A DNA stretch of 64,000 bases from Euprymna scolopes (Eukaryota): assembly GCA_053919585.1 (NCBI GenBank), contig CM132820.1; one strand, 5' to 3'. Of the stretch, positions 23,507 to 36,119 are shown piece after piece. The position numbers were made by a program, and so were the translations under genes. Positions within the stretch are counted from its first letter, which is position 1; each line of letters starts with the position of its first letter. Under the pieces are notes generated by a model. The model had not been told where the DNA came from. It ran no database searches and saw only the letters and a program-made list of their open reading frames with translations.

Positions 23507-23749
23507 GACTATATACATCACACATCTCGTTCAGTCAAACCAAGAACCAATGACGAAGAAGGGTGATGTTATAGACTACGTAGCTGCGGCTACAACAAAG
23601 TACGTAGCTGCGACTACAACCTCCTGTGAAACTGTGCGTATGAAATCATGACTAGCTTTGCGAGCCACCATTCATTCAGGCAATAAAGCTGTGGCATATT
23701 CTTAACTCAATATCGGTTTCATGTTCTCTCTGCTTCTCGCTACTTAACA
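19605..23749 (+). mobile_element. Gypsy (Mag/K02A2.6-like) LTR retrotransposon; nearly complete internal region, frameshifted; no 5' LTR found
   Basis: gag MAYAIPPP...CKFCGQSH...CAICLKRNHIARVC; protease FQIDTGASC; RT MRICIDP...MPFGISSAPE...PDD; RNaseH CDSSEVGLGA...ECLAIVF...DHKPL; integrase ASDCF...TDNA...NGRAEAAVK; purine tract and 3' LTR. Confidence 0.93.
23567..23749 (+). repeat. Canonical 183-bp 3' LTR (TGTTA...TAACA)
   Basis: Follows GAAGAAGGGTGA purine tract; 5-bp terminal inverted repeat; AATAAA near 23682; internal duplicated TACGTAGCTGCG(G/A)CTACAAC. Confidence 0.85.
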
Positions 23750-24231
23750 GGATCCATACTAAATTATGCCTCCATACACTCGTAAAATATCCAAATAGGA
23801 CAATTTCAAAAGATCCTATTTGTTTATTTTGTAGTATGTTCCAATTCTGGATCCACAAAGAATACAATTAAAATTAAGAGGTGGGTGTATGCATTGTACC
23901 GCCTTCTACTATTCTATTTAATTAAAATTAAATTTTAAGAATAATTAAATAAATAAATAGTGCATTCGTTTAAGGCCCTGTAATATTGTGGTCGGGTAAA
24001 TGTTAGTTAAGGTTTAGCTAATTATCGGCCGCCATTTTTGCAGTTGTTTTTCTTTCTTATTCGCAGATACGCACGTGCGTTTCAAGGTAGCGGAAGGACT
24101 TCTAAAACAACCATAGCAGAGCAGAATGCCGCGGTAATTCCTCACGTCATTACTTGAATAAATCCATCCTAAACGATTCAACTGTGTGTTCTCCAATTCT
24201 TGCTACCAGACGCGTAAATATAACATATATA

Positions 24232-24448
24232 CAGGGTGACGCCCCCCCCCCCAAAAAAAATGGGGCCAACTGTAATTAGGCCCCGTTTCTTAGTGTTTTG
24301 TCCGAATGAAATGAAACTTTGGTCATAACTAGTTTATTATATTCAAAACATCACACCAAAAACACTAGGGTATTTGGCCTTTTTTTTCTCCATTCTACAG
24401 CATATATTCTAGATGATCTCCATTTAGCTTTTTTTTTTGGGGGGGGTC

Positions 24449-24454
<6 letters not shown>
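24232..24454. mobile_element. Tc1/mariner-type MITE
   Basis: TIRs CAGGGTGAC(G)CCCC...AAAAAAAA and TTTTTTTTGGGGGGGGTCACCCT; TA on both sides. Confidence 0.75.
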
Positions 24455-24509
<55 letters not shown>

Positions 24510-24689
24510 CCATCCCAATATTCTTGACTTGGAATAAAATCTTTTATTTTCAGTTAATATTGCTGTAACTTGAAAAACGAATGTCAAATGCTGTCGAGTT
24601 TTGTAGGTGCACAGCACAGTAGTACCAGATTTTCTGAAAAAGCACGCATTTAATTTATTTTCAGACTCGAAACCTGGATAATCGTGAAA

Positions 24690-25932
24690 CGACTGAACTG
24701 TCTAAGCGGCTATCAGCAACGTCGAGCTAAAAATAAAAGCAAAAGAGGCAGTGATAAATAACATTAAACAATCTTTGCTGAAGTGGATACACAAACTAGA
24801 AACTATCAAAAAAAATAGAGCGCATAAAAACTGTTCAAAAGCCATTTTTCAATTGATAGCGAGCAATCGGGAGACGGCGACACAGAACAAACTTATATTG
24901 AAGATCATTATGATACAGCAATTACAACTCGATCAGAAGAAGAGTTTGAAGGCTCAGCCGCCAGCACCGCCAATAATTTGTCAACATTCAACCATGTGTC
25001 ATCATGCCAAATTCCTATGCCTGATATTGTAAGTATTGATATAAAAAGGGGAGGGGCGAGCCATTCCAGAATAAACACAGAGAGCTTTCAAATCGGTTAA
25101 AAGACAAGGTTCAAAGGTTAAATGTGAATTTCGGAAACTTTCTATAACCTAGTTTTATTCCATAATTGTCAAATGGCGACAGGGTGCTACGACCGTGGAT
25201 GGCTTGCGCACTTGCGTGACGGAAAGTTGTACTGCTTTTGCTGTCGATTTTTGCCAAAGATGACAAGGCTCCTGGAACGTCTACTTTCTTCCCTGGTTTT
25301 GAGGCCTGGTGGAAGCTAAATCCTAAAATTATTGAGCGTGAACAAAGGACCATCTGTCGTGCTGGAAGAATTAGAAAACGCTGGCTTCACGACTCCAACT
25401 GCAAAAAAAAAAAAAAAAACCTCGATTCAACGCACATTTCCTTTATGGAAAAAGAGAAAAGAAAGTTCGGGGACATTCTGCACAGAGTTTTAGACGTGAT
25501 ACTTTTTCTTGCACAACAGAACTTGGAGTTTGCACGTGCAGCTCACCTCCGTGACTTCAGTCACATTCAATTTTCACTACACATTCCTGGGATTTTTACA
25601 TTTGAAAGGTAAAACACCTACTGATTGACTTACGAGATCCTCGAGAAATTAGAAAACGAAGGACTAGATATTAAGTTTTGGTGCAGTCAAGGGTATGATA
25701 ATGCTGCAAGCATGGCCGGAATCCATGGTGGTGTGCAAGAAAAGATCAAAGACATTAATCCAAGGGCAGTTTTTGTACCTTTTTCCAATCATTCTTTGAA
25801 CCTGTTCTGGAAACATTCGTTTTCTAACAATCCCTCTTGTGTAACATTTTTGGCAGTCTTGAGGTGCTGTATACTTTTTCGCTCTATCAACCCATCACTG
25901 ATATGTGTTAGTAAAGTACAGTGAAGAGATTA
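24690..25932 (+). pseudogene. hAT (ZMYM1/ZNF862-like) transposase, 5' part, degenerate
   Basis: GFEAWWKLNPKI, LDVILFLAQQNLEF, QGYDNAASMAGIHGGVQEKIKDINPRAVFVP..NHSLNL. Confidence 0.85.
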
Positions 25933-26056
25933 TGACATTGGTGGCGAGAGGTCAGGTGTGGTTGACTGGAAAAGAAGAGGGCAGAAACGTGCTTTGTCAA
26001 GCAAGTGACTCACTCCTTCCCGAACCCCAGAACCGATTCCTGATTGTAACCTTAGT

Positions 26057-26068
26057 AGCTATTTCGGC
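26057..26068 (+). promoter_or_regulatory. Putative primer-binding site of element D, complementary to tRNA-Phe nt 1-12
   Basis: AGCTATTTCGGC between the left repeat and the gag ATG (26086); identical to 643-654 although the flanking sequence is unrelated. Confidence 0.75.
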
Positions 26069-27573
26069 CTGTCAAGCAGATTAACATGGCTAATTGGAGA
26101 CTGAACACTCAGATGTTGAGACCCTTCATTGGGGAGGGTGACCTAATTAAATGGCTGGAAAAATTAAAGATGGTGGCAAGGTTGCAAAAAGTCGAAGACT
26201 TGGTAACCCTGCTGCCACTATACTTGGGCAAGCCCTCACAATTTACCAGAAGATGTGCGATGAAGATAAGGGAGACCTTGCCTCAATGGAGCAAAGACTG
26301 AAATTGTTTTTTGCTGAGAGTCCATTTGAAGCACTCAGCAAGCTTGCAAGTTTGAGGTGGACTGACGAGTCTATTGACGTCTTTGCTGCGGAGATCAGGA
26401 GACTGGCATGATTGGCTGGTTACATGGGGAGGAGCCTGGAGATGACGGTAAAGCTATCCCTAGTGAACGGCTTCCCGGAAGAAATCTCCGCGAACATGCA
26501 GAGAATTACTGAGATCAATACTATGTAAGTGGACAATCTCTTGGTCCACACCAGAGTCCTAGTCAAGAATGTCAAGGTCCCAATTGTGGCTGCAGCTGTG
26601 AGTGGAAATACATGCACGAGGCCCCACTTGAATGACGAGAGACAGGCGACGAGGCGACAGGAGGAGAGACCTGCCATCAAGTGCTTCCATTGACTGGATC
26701 CTCACCTGCTTAAGGACTGCAAAAAGCCGAGAGCGGGGATCACCTGTTACCGATGTGGACGAGTGGGGCACATTAGCTGCTATTGCATCGCTTTGCAGGA
26801 CCAGGAAAACGAGTGAAGGGGAGCCATTGCGCCAGTGGTCCCCCCTTCTATGTGGAAATGGCGCACAACGAAATGTTACCTCAGTTACCGGTAGTAGTCA
26901 ATGGGACGAGAGCCATGGCCCTTGTTGACATAGGCTGCACCATGACATTGGTAGCGAAGAATGTCGCTAGGTCATGGAGCGGAACCAGAAGTATTAAGGC
27001 TGTGGATGGCAGGGAGGTGAAATGCCTAGGAGAGACAACAGCGGAAATACTTGTGCAAGGTGTGCCCATTGGACTGGGAGCCTTGGTGTTGGATCGTCTG
27101 GTCAGTTATGTTGATGTAGTTTTAGGTGTAAGTGCGATCAACAAACTGGGGGGGGGGGGCGTTACGTTGAGAGGGGGCCAAGTAACTTTCGGACGCCTCG
27201 GCGCAGTAGGGATGACAGAAGTGGAAGGTGATAGAAACATCAGAATGCAAAAACTGGAGGCTTTCTGCATCGAGGACAAGGATTTCCTGGCAAAGTTCGA
27301 TGGCGAGAGGTGGATGAGGGAATGGAAATGGATCTCCGGGCCTTCGGAAGTACGGAATAAAGTAAGCTGCTACGAGAAAACACTGCGAGGAGAAATAAGA
27401 AAAGGATTCGAGGAAGAAGTGGAGATGTGGATAGAAGAGAAAATTCTGAAACCGTGGACAGGGGAAAAAAAGGAGTGCTACCATTACTGGCGGTTGTTCA
27501 ACCCACCAAGAACAAAGTTAGACCGGTACAGGATTTCAGAGAATTAAACAGACACATAGCCTGCCACACGGGA

Positions 27574-28133
27574 AAAGTGAAGAACTTGAATGCCTACTGG
27601 GGAGAACTTGAATGCCTACTGGGGAGAACTTGAATGCCTACTAGACACTGTCCCCGAGTGTCTAAGGTCTCCCTGTACAGGGGTTTGTCAGAACAATCTG
27701 GCATGAGGATACTTTTTCCATAGAAGTAAACCCTGATCAAATATTCAAAATCACATAGTATTCGCAGTCCAAATAAGATCTCCTCACTACGGCTACTCCG
27801 CAGCTTTTCCGAGGAATGGTGCACCTTCTCCAAGTGATATTACCTCAAGTAATAGCACGAAGCTCGCTACTCCACCAGACTAGATAAATTCTTGTCTTGG
27901 AATCCAGTAAGACCAAGAGACCAACATGAAAGATATACTACAACGTATAAAAATGGTTAATTGGGGAGAGGAAAATTATGTTCTCAATTTCTTTACTAAC
28001 TCAGTGTTTGAGAAATAAAGAACTTAAATGGAACATTCGAATATCTATGTATCTCATATAGACTTCAAGTGTTAGCCCCTGGTTGTGGGTCCCTTGATTT
28101 CTGAGGCTTCGACTGAAGTAAAATAAAATAAAA
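27574..28133 (+). mobile_element. Non-coding SINE-like / non-autonomous element sharing the 3' tail of the adjacent R4-like LINE
   Basis: 3' end TCAAGTGTTAGCCCC(T)GG...CTTGAT...AAGTAAAATAAAA (28065-28133) matches 30503-30568; 22-bp tandem repeat at the 5' end; no coding homology seen. Confidence 0.55.
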
Positions 28134-28139
28134 GAGAAA

Positions 28140-30568
28140 AGGACAAAGAAAAGATGGCAGCTCAAAAAATTACCAAGGAGGATGTCTGCAGGAAGATAGC
28201 CCAGTGCAGTAATTTCAAGACCTCAGGAATAGACCAAATACTAAATTTTTGGCAGAAAAAATTGAGCGCACTTCATTGTCACTATGCCAAGGCATTCAAT
28301 AGAATCATCAGTGGAGATGAAGAGCCGCCTGAGTGGCTTACTGTTGGCAGTACATCACTTATTCCCAAAAATGAGAACATCCACATGGCTAGCAAATATA
28401 GACCAATCTGCTGCCTCACAACAACCTACAACAACAACAGGAATAATCGCTGATGCAACATACGACCATCTGATTGCTGGTGATTACCTTAAAAGTGAGC
28501 AGAGTGAGTGTACGAGTAAAAATCTAGGCACAAAAGACCCACCCCTTGTAAACAGAACCATGTTAGAAGACTGCAGGAGAAGACAAAGAAATCTGTCAAT
28601 TGCCTGGATTGATTACAAAAAGGCCTTTGACAGTATACCTCATTCCTGGATACTTCGCCGTTTGGAGTTGTACAATGTGCACACCGATATTACATAATTC
28701 CTTCAAAAACAAATGGCCAGATGGTGCACATCAATTATATTACAGCACACGGAAGGAAGGATACAGACCCCAAACATAAAGATCAAGCGAGGAATATTCC
28801 AGGGAGACAGCATCTCACCGTTCCTTTTCTGCCTCACAAAGGATCCACTAAGTAAGCTACTTAAGCGATCCAATGCTGGATACAATCTCAGCATGGGCAG
28901 AAAGAAGGAAGAAAATAAAAGAGTAAACCATCTACTCTTTATGGACGACTTGAAACTCTATGCGGAATCTGAGAAACAACTTGTCTCTTTGATAGGCATT
29001 GTTAAAAATTATACAGAGGACATTTGCATGCAGTTTGGATTCGACAAATGCGCTAAGTGCACCATAAAGAAAGTAAGAAAAACAGCATCAGAACATCTTA
29101 ATCTTGACAATGGCTCTATTGAATACCTTGAAGAGGATGCTGTCTATAAATACCTGGGAGTAGAGGAGAATGAGACACTTGAACATGGAAAGATGAGAGA
29201 AAAAGTGCAGGGACTTCAAGCGACTTTAAAAAATTCTCTCATCAGAAATATCACTAAAAAACAAAATTACTGCCATCAATCAATTGGCAATACCCGTTGT
29301 CTCTTATGGATTTGGCATAATCAATTGGCCACAAAACTGAATCAATAGCCTTGACGTAAAAACTCGGAAAATGCTGGCCCTTCATAAAGTCATTTACAAA
29401 CATCAGTGTATGGACAGGCTGTACTTACCACGGAGAGGAAGTAGTTTAGGCCTCACTGAAATAAACCACGCATACCGAGATTCAGTGGTAAGCATAGGCC
29501 AATATATCAAATGTTCTTCTGACTCCAAGATAAAAATAGTGAATGAACATCACACGAAATGTTTGCCCCAGCAGACGTCAACTACAAAGCTCGATGGAAA
29601 TTTCAGTGGTAACACACTGGACAACAAAATAGAAGAATATGACAACCCAGCAACCCCAATCACCCGAAAGAAGAGAAAGGAGTATACAAAAAGAGAACTG
29701 AAGACAAGACTAGAAGGATGGCAACAACATAAGAGAGCAGACAGGTTCATGGAAGAACTGAATCAGAGCTACATTGACAATGAGGCCTCACTACAATGAC
29801 TTAAAAGTGAAAAATTTCCATTTGATGAAGAACGATTAATTATAGCTGCACAAGACCAAGACTTACAAATAGATTTAAGAAAATGGCTGGTCTACAAAAA
29901 ACTGACCAATGCAGATTCTGTCACTCAGCTGTTGAAAGCCCAAGCCACCTAATGTCTGGATGCAAGATCCTTCTAGCCGATGGTCATTACACTGCTCGCC
30001 ACAACAAAGTATGTAGATACTTACATTGGAAGCTCTGTGGAGAGATTCAACTAGATAGGTCGTCGAACATCTGGAAACGTGAACCACCGATAACATCAAA
30101 TGAAAAAGTGACAGTGTTCTACGACAAAGACATACAGGCAGGCAGATACATAAAAGACAAGGCCATCAAGCCAGATATAGTAATATGGAACAAGCCGGAA
30201 AGAACTGCACTCATTATCGACGTCACAGTTCCAAACGACTTTGGCCTAAATAGAGCAGAACGGGAAAAGATAACAAAATTTAAGGACCTAAAAAATGATC
30301 TAAAAGTAACATGGTCTCTGAAAAAGGTAAACATTATACCAGTTGTGACAAGAGCAACTGGCCTAATAAAAAAGAACCTTCAAAAATACTTAGAAGCAAT
30401 TCCTGGAAAACCAAGCTCTAAGGAAATACAGATAGCAGCCATAATAAGAACAGTGTCTATTCTTAAAAGAGCCCTCGGATATAAATTTAAACTATAATAG
30501 AATCAAGTGTTAGCCCCAGGAAGGAACCGCTTGATCTCTTCAAACTAACAAAAGTAAAATAAAAAAAA
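28140..30568 (+). mobile_element. R4/Dong-like non-LTR retrotransposon (RT + CCHC + restriction-like endonuclease), 5'-truncated and frameshifted
   Basis: YRPICCL, WIDYKKAFDSIPH, RGIFQGDSISP, HLLFMDDLKL, YKYLG, CRFC...HLMSGC, RHNKV, KPDIVI...IIDVTVP; A-rich tail ending at 30568. Confidence 0.92.
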
Positions 30569-33130
30569 GGGGAATTGACGTATGCGAAGAGATTATGAGG
30601 AAATGGATTAGGATGGAGCGGGCCATTAAGATTGTCGACTTGAAGCTGGCTTATCTCCAGATCCATGTAGATGAAAAACTCTGGCAACATCAATTGGTCC
30701 GGTACAAGGGGAACATGTATTGCCTGATGAGGTTAGGCTTTGGGCTGAGCTCAGCCCCCAAAAATATGACTGGCGTGCTGAAGACGGTGCTGAGTAAAGA
30801 CTGTATTGTCAACAAGGCCACTAGTTCGTACATTGACGACATTCTCGTGGAGGAAGCAGAGATGACAGCGAAAAAAGTGAGAGTTCATGTCGAGAGATAT
30901 GGGTTGACTTCAAAACCGAGAGAGTCCCTGTATTGAGGAGTGGCATTGAGGTTGAAACTATGCTGAGATGGCAAAGAAAGCCTTGTCCTTAGACGAGGGA
31001 ATGCGATACCTGAAGTCGGAACTGACCTGACAAAATGAGAACTCTTTTCGGTCTGTCAGAGACGGGTGGGACACTATCCAATTGCCGGTTGGTTCAGGAT
31101 AGCATGCAGCTTTATTAAACGACAAACGGGCACTGATGGCTGGAAGGGCCGTGTGACGAAGGAGGTCACAAACATGCTACAAGAAATCATTGCGAGAGTG
31201 ATGAAAGAAGACCGACTGAAGGGGGAATGGTACGTCAGCCTAACATTGGGCATCGTATTAGAGATGGGAAGTGTAACTGTGGGAAATGCGGCGTGGCTGA
31301 GAAAGAAAAACGAAAGGAATAAATCTGGCCTGAAGTGGGGATTGAAAACAACTGAAATTAAATCCGATTCGACAAGGTAGTTTCATGGATCAGGTCAGCA
31401 GTAACTGGCGATAAGAGAGTAAGGACTAGAGGTGTAACAGAAATACTGATAAAGCGCAGGCTCGGAGCACTTGCAGATTTGATAGCGGAATTCCAGCTGA
31501 GGGTATCTGTAGTACTGGTCCCATTGGAAAAGAACAAGGGAGATTCGATGACACAGGTAAAGAAGACCTGGCTGCAAAAGAGAAAGGAGGTTTCCTCAGT
31601 ATGCTCTGCAGGAGAGAAAGTTAAAGAGTTACATGAAATGCACCACTTTGGTTGAGAACGGACGTTATTCCTGGCAAGAGAGGTTTACCCGGAAACCACA
31701 GAGGAGGAGGTCAGGGAGGTAGTGCAGCACTGTCAGGAGTGTCAATCGATAGACACTAGACTGTCCAGGCACAAAGCAGATGAGTTACACACTGTGGAGG
31801 ACTAGAAGCAATTGGCCATTGATGTGACCCATTATCGCCATAAGCTGTATCTGTCGATGGTTGACTGTGGACTGGGGAAGTTTACCATCTGGAGAGAGAT
31901 CAGAGCAGAAGCTGCATGGGCGATCGGAGGGGGTCATCGAAGAAATATTTTTGGAGAGAAGGCCAGTTGAGGAATTGTTACTGGACAATGGCCCCGCTTT
32001 CTGATCAGAAGCCTTTAAAGGTGTGTGATAAGTGGGGAGTAAGGCAATTTTTAGGGCAGCGTATAGGCCGAGTGACAATGGGATAGTGGAGAGGAATCAT
32101 CGTACCATCAAGGCTGCTGCGGAAAAAAAGCAACATTTCACCCATGGAGGCGGTGTTTTGGTACAACATCTCACCGAAAACCAGACAAGATTAGACAACT
32201 GTGCCTGATAGAGCCATCTTCGCATATAAGTGGCGGCATCCATGCAACAAAATGGTAGGAATTGAGGGTGAAGAAGCTACCATTACAGTGGGTTAGGATG
32301 TGTGGGTGAAAACCCAAATGCAAAATGTACTACTCGCTGGAGGAGGGGGATGGTGCTACCGGGAAGACAGCCAAAGAACGTGATGATGAATCGCGTTCCC
32401 CGGCATATCCTAGACCTGCATCGTGTGACCCTGCCGGTGTGCAGTGATGGCAGTGAAGAGGAGGAAGTCAAGATCCACAGAGAAGCTAACGATGCACCCC
32501 AATTTGACTTAGCCCTACATAGCGGTTCTTTACAACTGGACGAGAATGTCTGTAGTGAATCTGAAAACGTCAACCCCAAGAAGTTGTCCTCCAGAAGCCT
32601 CAACGTGAGAGGAGGAGGCCTGCTTGGATGAAGCATTATGAAGTATCTTATTGATCTCGAGATATTGGGATATATGCGAAACGGGGGTAGGTACCGTTTA
32701 AGGCTAGGTTATGGTTAGAAACAAAAACAAAAAAAAAACAATAATATATGACGTACCGGGTGTATCTGCATAGCTCTTTGGGAAAGAAGAAGGAAAGGAT
32801 GGCTAGCTCATGTATGTACCCAAAGGGCATCTTGGGAAGGCAGGGCATGATGGGAGAGGCTATTTTTTTCTTGTCTCTTCCTTTTTTTTCTTTCGATAAG
32901 AGGATATATAAGCTTGGAAAAATTCCCTGGAAGTCAAAAAAAGAAAAGAGTCGTGAACATCTTCTCTTAAAAAGTATTCCCTGTTGCTGACGTTCAGATG
33001 GTGCAGTGTGATATTGGTGGCGAGAGGCCAGGTGTGGTCGATTGGAAAAGAATAGGGCAGAAACGTGCTGTTGTCGAGCGAGTGACTCACTCCTTCCGAA
33101 TCCCAGAACCGAATCCTGATTGTAACCTTA

Positions 33131-33600
33131 GAGATTATCCACAACTCGCTGGAGTGCACATGCTGCTGCAGTGAAGCCGGTGAAACAGAAGTTTAACCAA
33201 TTTGTGGAAGCTATTGAATCTCCGTGTAATGTCAACGAAACCGACGAAACAAGAGGCGCTTGCACACAATCTGTTACCAACTATATGCGACTTTTCTTTC
33301 ATTGCTTCCTTATTATTCTGGAGTAACGTTTTACAAGAAGTAAACGTAGCCTAGAAGTACTAACAAACACCAGCTATTACCCGAGATATGGTTGCTGCCA
33401 CACTAAAAGGCTCTCAGGGTCTTTTTGGAAGAGCAGCGTATAAATGTTGTTGATAATGCCGTTCAGCAAGCACCTGCAAAATGTGGAGAACTTGATATCT
33501 CTACAGAGAGGATAATCAGAAAAAAAGAACAGAATGCCAGGAGAGGAGGCAAGAGATGATGGATTGTCATTGCAGGATGAGACTGTACGAGCCCTTCTAG
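33131..33600 (+). pseudogene. hAT transposase, 3' continuation
   Basis: Removing element D and one TSD restores TVKRLSTTRWSAHAAAVKP (hAT TRW motif); followed by WSNVLQEVN. Confidence 0.85.
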
Positions 33601-35229
33601 TCTCGCACAAAAACATGCGTTCACATCTCAAGCCATTTTTCTTGTCATACCCATATGCACACACAAACATACGTGCACACGTACACACACATAGATATAT
33701 TCATGTTCACGTACATACACTCTCATTCACGTGCATACACACACACTAATGTACACACATGTACGCACACATACACGCACTCGTACGCACACATGGGCAA
33801 CGTCACTTCCCCTTTGAAGGAAATCCACACATGCGAAAAAGACCACCAGAAACAACCATAAAAGCAAGAGAGCTGAGCTGTTCCGCCCTTTTTCGATTTG
33901 CCTCCCGAGCTGAGCGCCGATGGACCAAACGGCTCCCTTGCGGGGCGCACACGCCTGTGCGCCTCATGCCACCTGCTACTGTATGTGAGGCATGAGTCAA
34001 CAGACAGTACGTACACATTACACATTTTCTATCTCCATGGCCTGGACTGACTTTCTCTCTCAACAACAACAGACTTTCCCTCTCACCAGCAAACAGCGAG
34101 AGGCGCATGCCAAACTGGATTGATTTTCTCTCTCTCTCTCTCCCTACAACAACAGACTTTCCCTCTCGCCAGCTAACAGCGAGAGACGCATTTTCGAATG
34201 TAAACAGAGATGTCCTAAACCTTCTATCAAAAACATAAGAAATTAAGCAATTACCGGATAGTGCAGAAATGTGGCGGAATTACCTACTATTTAACTGCTC
34301 CATGTATATATAAATACCAGAAGTTAAGGCATTAATGCAGGGTTTAGATCCAGAGAAGAGAGCTCTATCGTCTAACCAACGAATACACTCACATTTTTGT
34401 ATGTTCTTGTTAATGTTTCTACTTTATTTCCGTGTTGTTTCTTGTAAATGTTTATAACAGAAAACTTTCAGTATTTAATGACAAATGAGGTGCTCATGCA
34501 AAATACTAAAGAATAGCACTCGTGCATTATTGCCAAGAAACAACTTTTCATTGATTTCATTTTGAAGAATACAAAACAATGCCAATCCAGCCTAAAAAAA
34601 TATTTTACTTCTCTTTTGTGTTATTAGAATTTTCTTAATTTTATTTTAATTCAATAAAAGTTCAGATAAAACTTTTAGAATTGTTGTGAAATAAAAAACT
34701 TCAAAAAACTTCTATTTCGTTTTATTAGAATTTACTTAAAATATTTTCTAAAAATCAAAAAGAAAATTAGATTTTAATTGAGTCACGCATGGAGATGAAA
34801 ACGAAAGATCATAGTATGGATACAATACCATACATGAAAGACTACTATTTTACAAATGTAAATGAATTATAAAAATTCATTAAACTCTTCTTCTGGAAAA
34901 GAGTCCGATTTCAATAATGGTAATCTAACAATAGTGGCACATCAAAAACACTTATTAAATTTGTAAAATTCAAATTTCTTTGTAAATTGATCTAAAGTGT
35001 TACTTGTTTAACACTGACATTTGTGTTTTTTCGTCTGCAATTCGCATTCCAGACTATAGATATAAGGTAGACACAGAGGCAAAAATATAACGGCTATAGC
35101 AAAAGAAGAATGACAGACACTAAAATTAGTTATAAGACGGCGGGTCGTCTGTTATTTACTAAGTAAATACATAAAAGTGGCAAATTCAAAAGGTCTGGAG
35201 ATCGTGGTAATTCCGAATAAGACAGGACA

Positions 35230-35940
35230 GCTTGACATCAGTAGGAACTGGTGGAGGTACTCAGACGACAGTGTGTACCGGAACAGACCTTCTGGACGTC
35301 AGTAGTCACTGTAGGATGGACCATGACGCCATTAAATAGTGGAATAAACCTGCTGGACGTCAGTAGGCACTGGAGGAGGTAACCAGACGACAGTGCGTAA
35401 TGATACAGGACTGCTGAATATTAGAAGAAACAAGAGGATGTAATCAGATGGCAATGGGTACTAGAACCGAGGTGCTGGTTGTCAGCAGGCTTTCATAATG
35501 GTGGCCAAAAACGGACTGGCATTGGAACAGGTAGACTAACGATTACAGGCAGAGGAACAGGTAGCCTGGCAGCTACAGCCACTGGAGCAGAAAGTCTGAC
35601 GTCAACAGGCACAAGAATACGTAGCCTGACGGTGACCAGTACTGGAACGAGTAGCCTGATGTCGACAGACACTTGAACGGGTAGCCTGATAGCTACTGGC
35701 ACTGGAATGGGTAGCTTGCCGGCTACAAGCAGTGAAGGCTACAGGAAACACTGAAGGTTCCAGGAGGCATTAAATATTACAGGACGAGCTGAGAGTTGTT
35801 GGAAAGTTGCTAGAGGTGCTGAGAGCTGCAGAAGGTGTTAGAAGGCTGCAGAAGGCGTTGGAGGCTGCAGGAGGCGCTGAGGGGTACAGGAGGAACTTGA
35901 CGCTGCAGAAGTGAGCCAGAATTTACTGGTTGTAGAAGAG
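35230..35940. repeat. Degenerate minisatellites (30-bp unit, then ~21-bp unit)
   Basis: Units like ACTGGAACAGGTAGCCTGGCAGCTACAGGC over about 35490-35735, weaker copies from 35230; GGCTGCAGAAGGCGTTGGA-like units at 35800-35930. Confidence 0.8.
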
Positions 35941-36119
35941 TTGTCACATGAAGCAGACGGAACAGTCGTTGCATACAAGCAGGTGTGGTTTGCATACAAG
36001 TAATTTGTTGATCGAATATAAGAAGTTTGTTGATTGCATACACGTAGTGTGAAAAAGGTAACCCTTAAGAGGTAGTTTCACTATGTTTACAGCTGCTGAG
36101 ACATTTCAGTAGATGCTGA

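Larger units (their letters stand above)
25933..33130 (+). mobile_element. Gypsy-like LTR retrotransposon D (same clade as A), inserted in the hAT transposase and itself interrupted by non-LTR elements
   Basis: gag MANWRLNTQMLRPFIGEGDLIKWLEKLKMVARLQ; protease ALVDIGC; RT split at 27573/30569 (VDLKLAYLQ...YIDD); integrase LDNGPAF...NGIVERNH. 122-bp repeats at 25933-26054 and 33009-33130. TSD GAGATTA at 25926-25932 and 33131-33137. Confidence 0.92.

Noticed and set aside
27581-27642. 22-bp direct repeats resembling a CRISPR array
   Set aside because: Head-to-tail repeats with no spacers, eukaryotic context and no cas genes.
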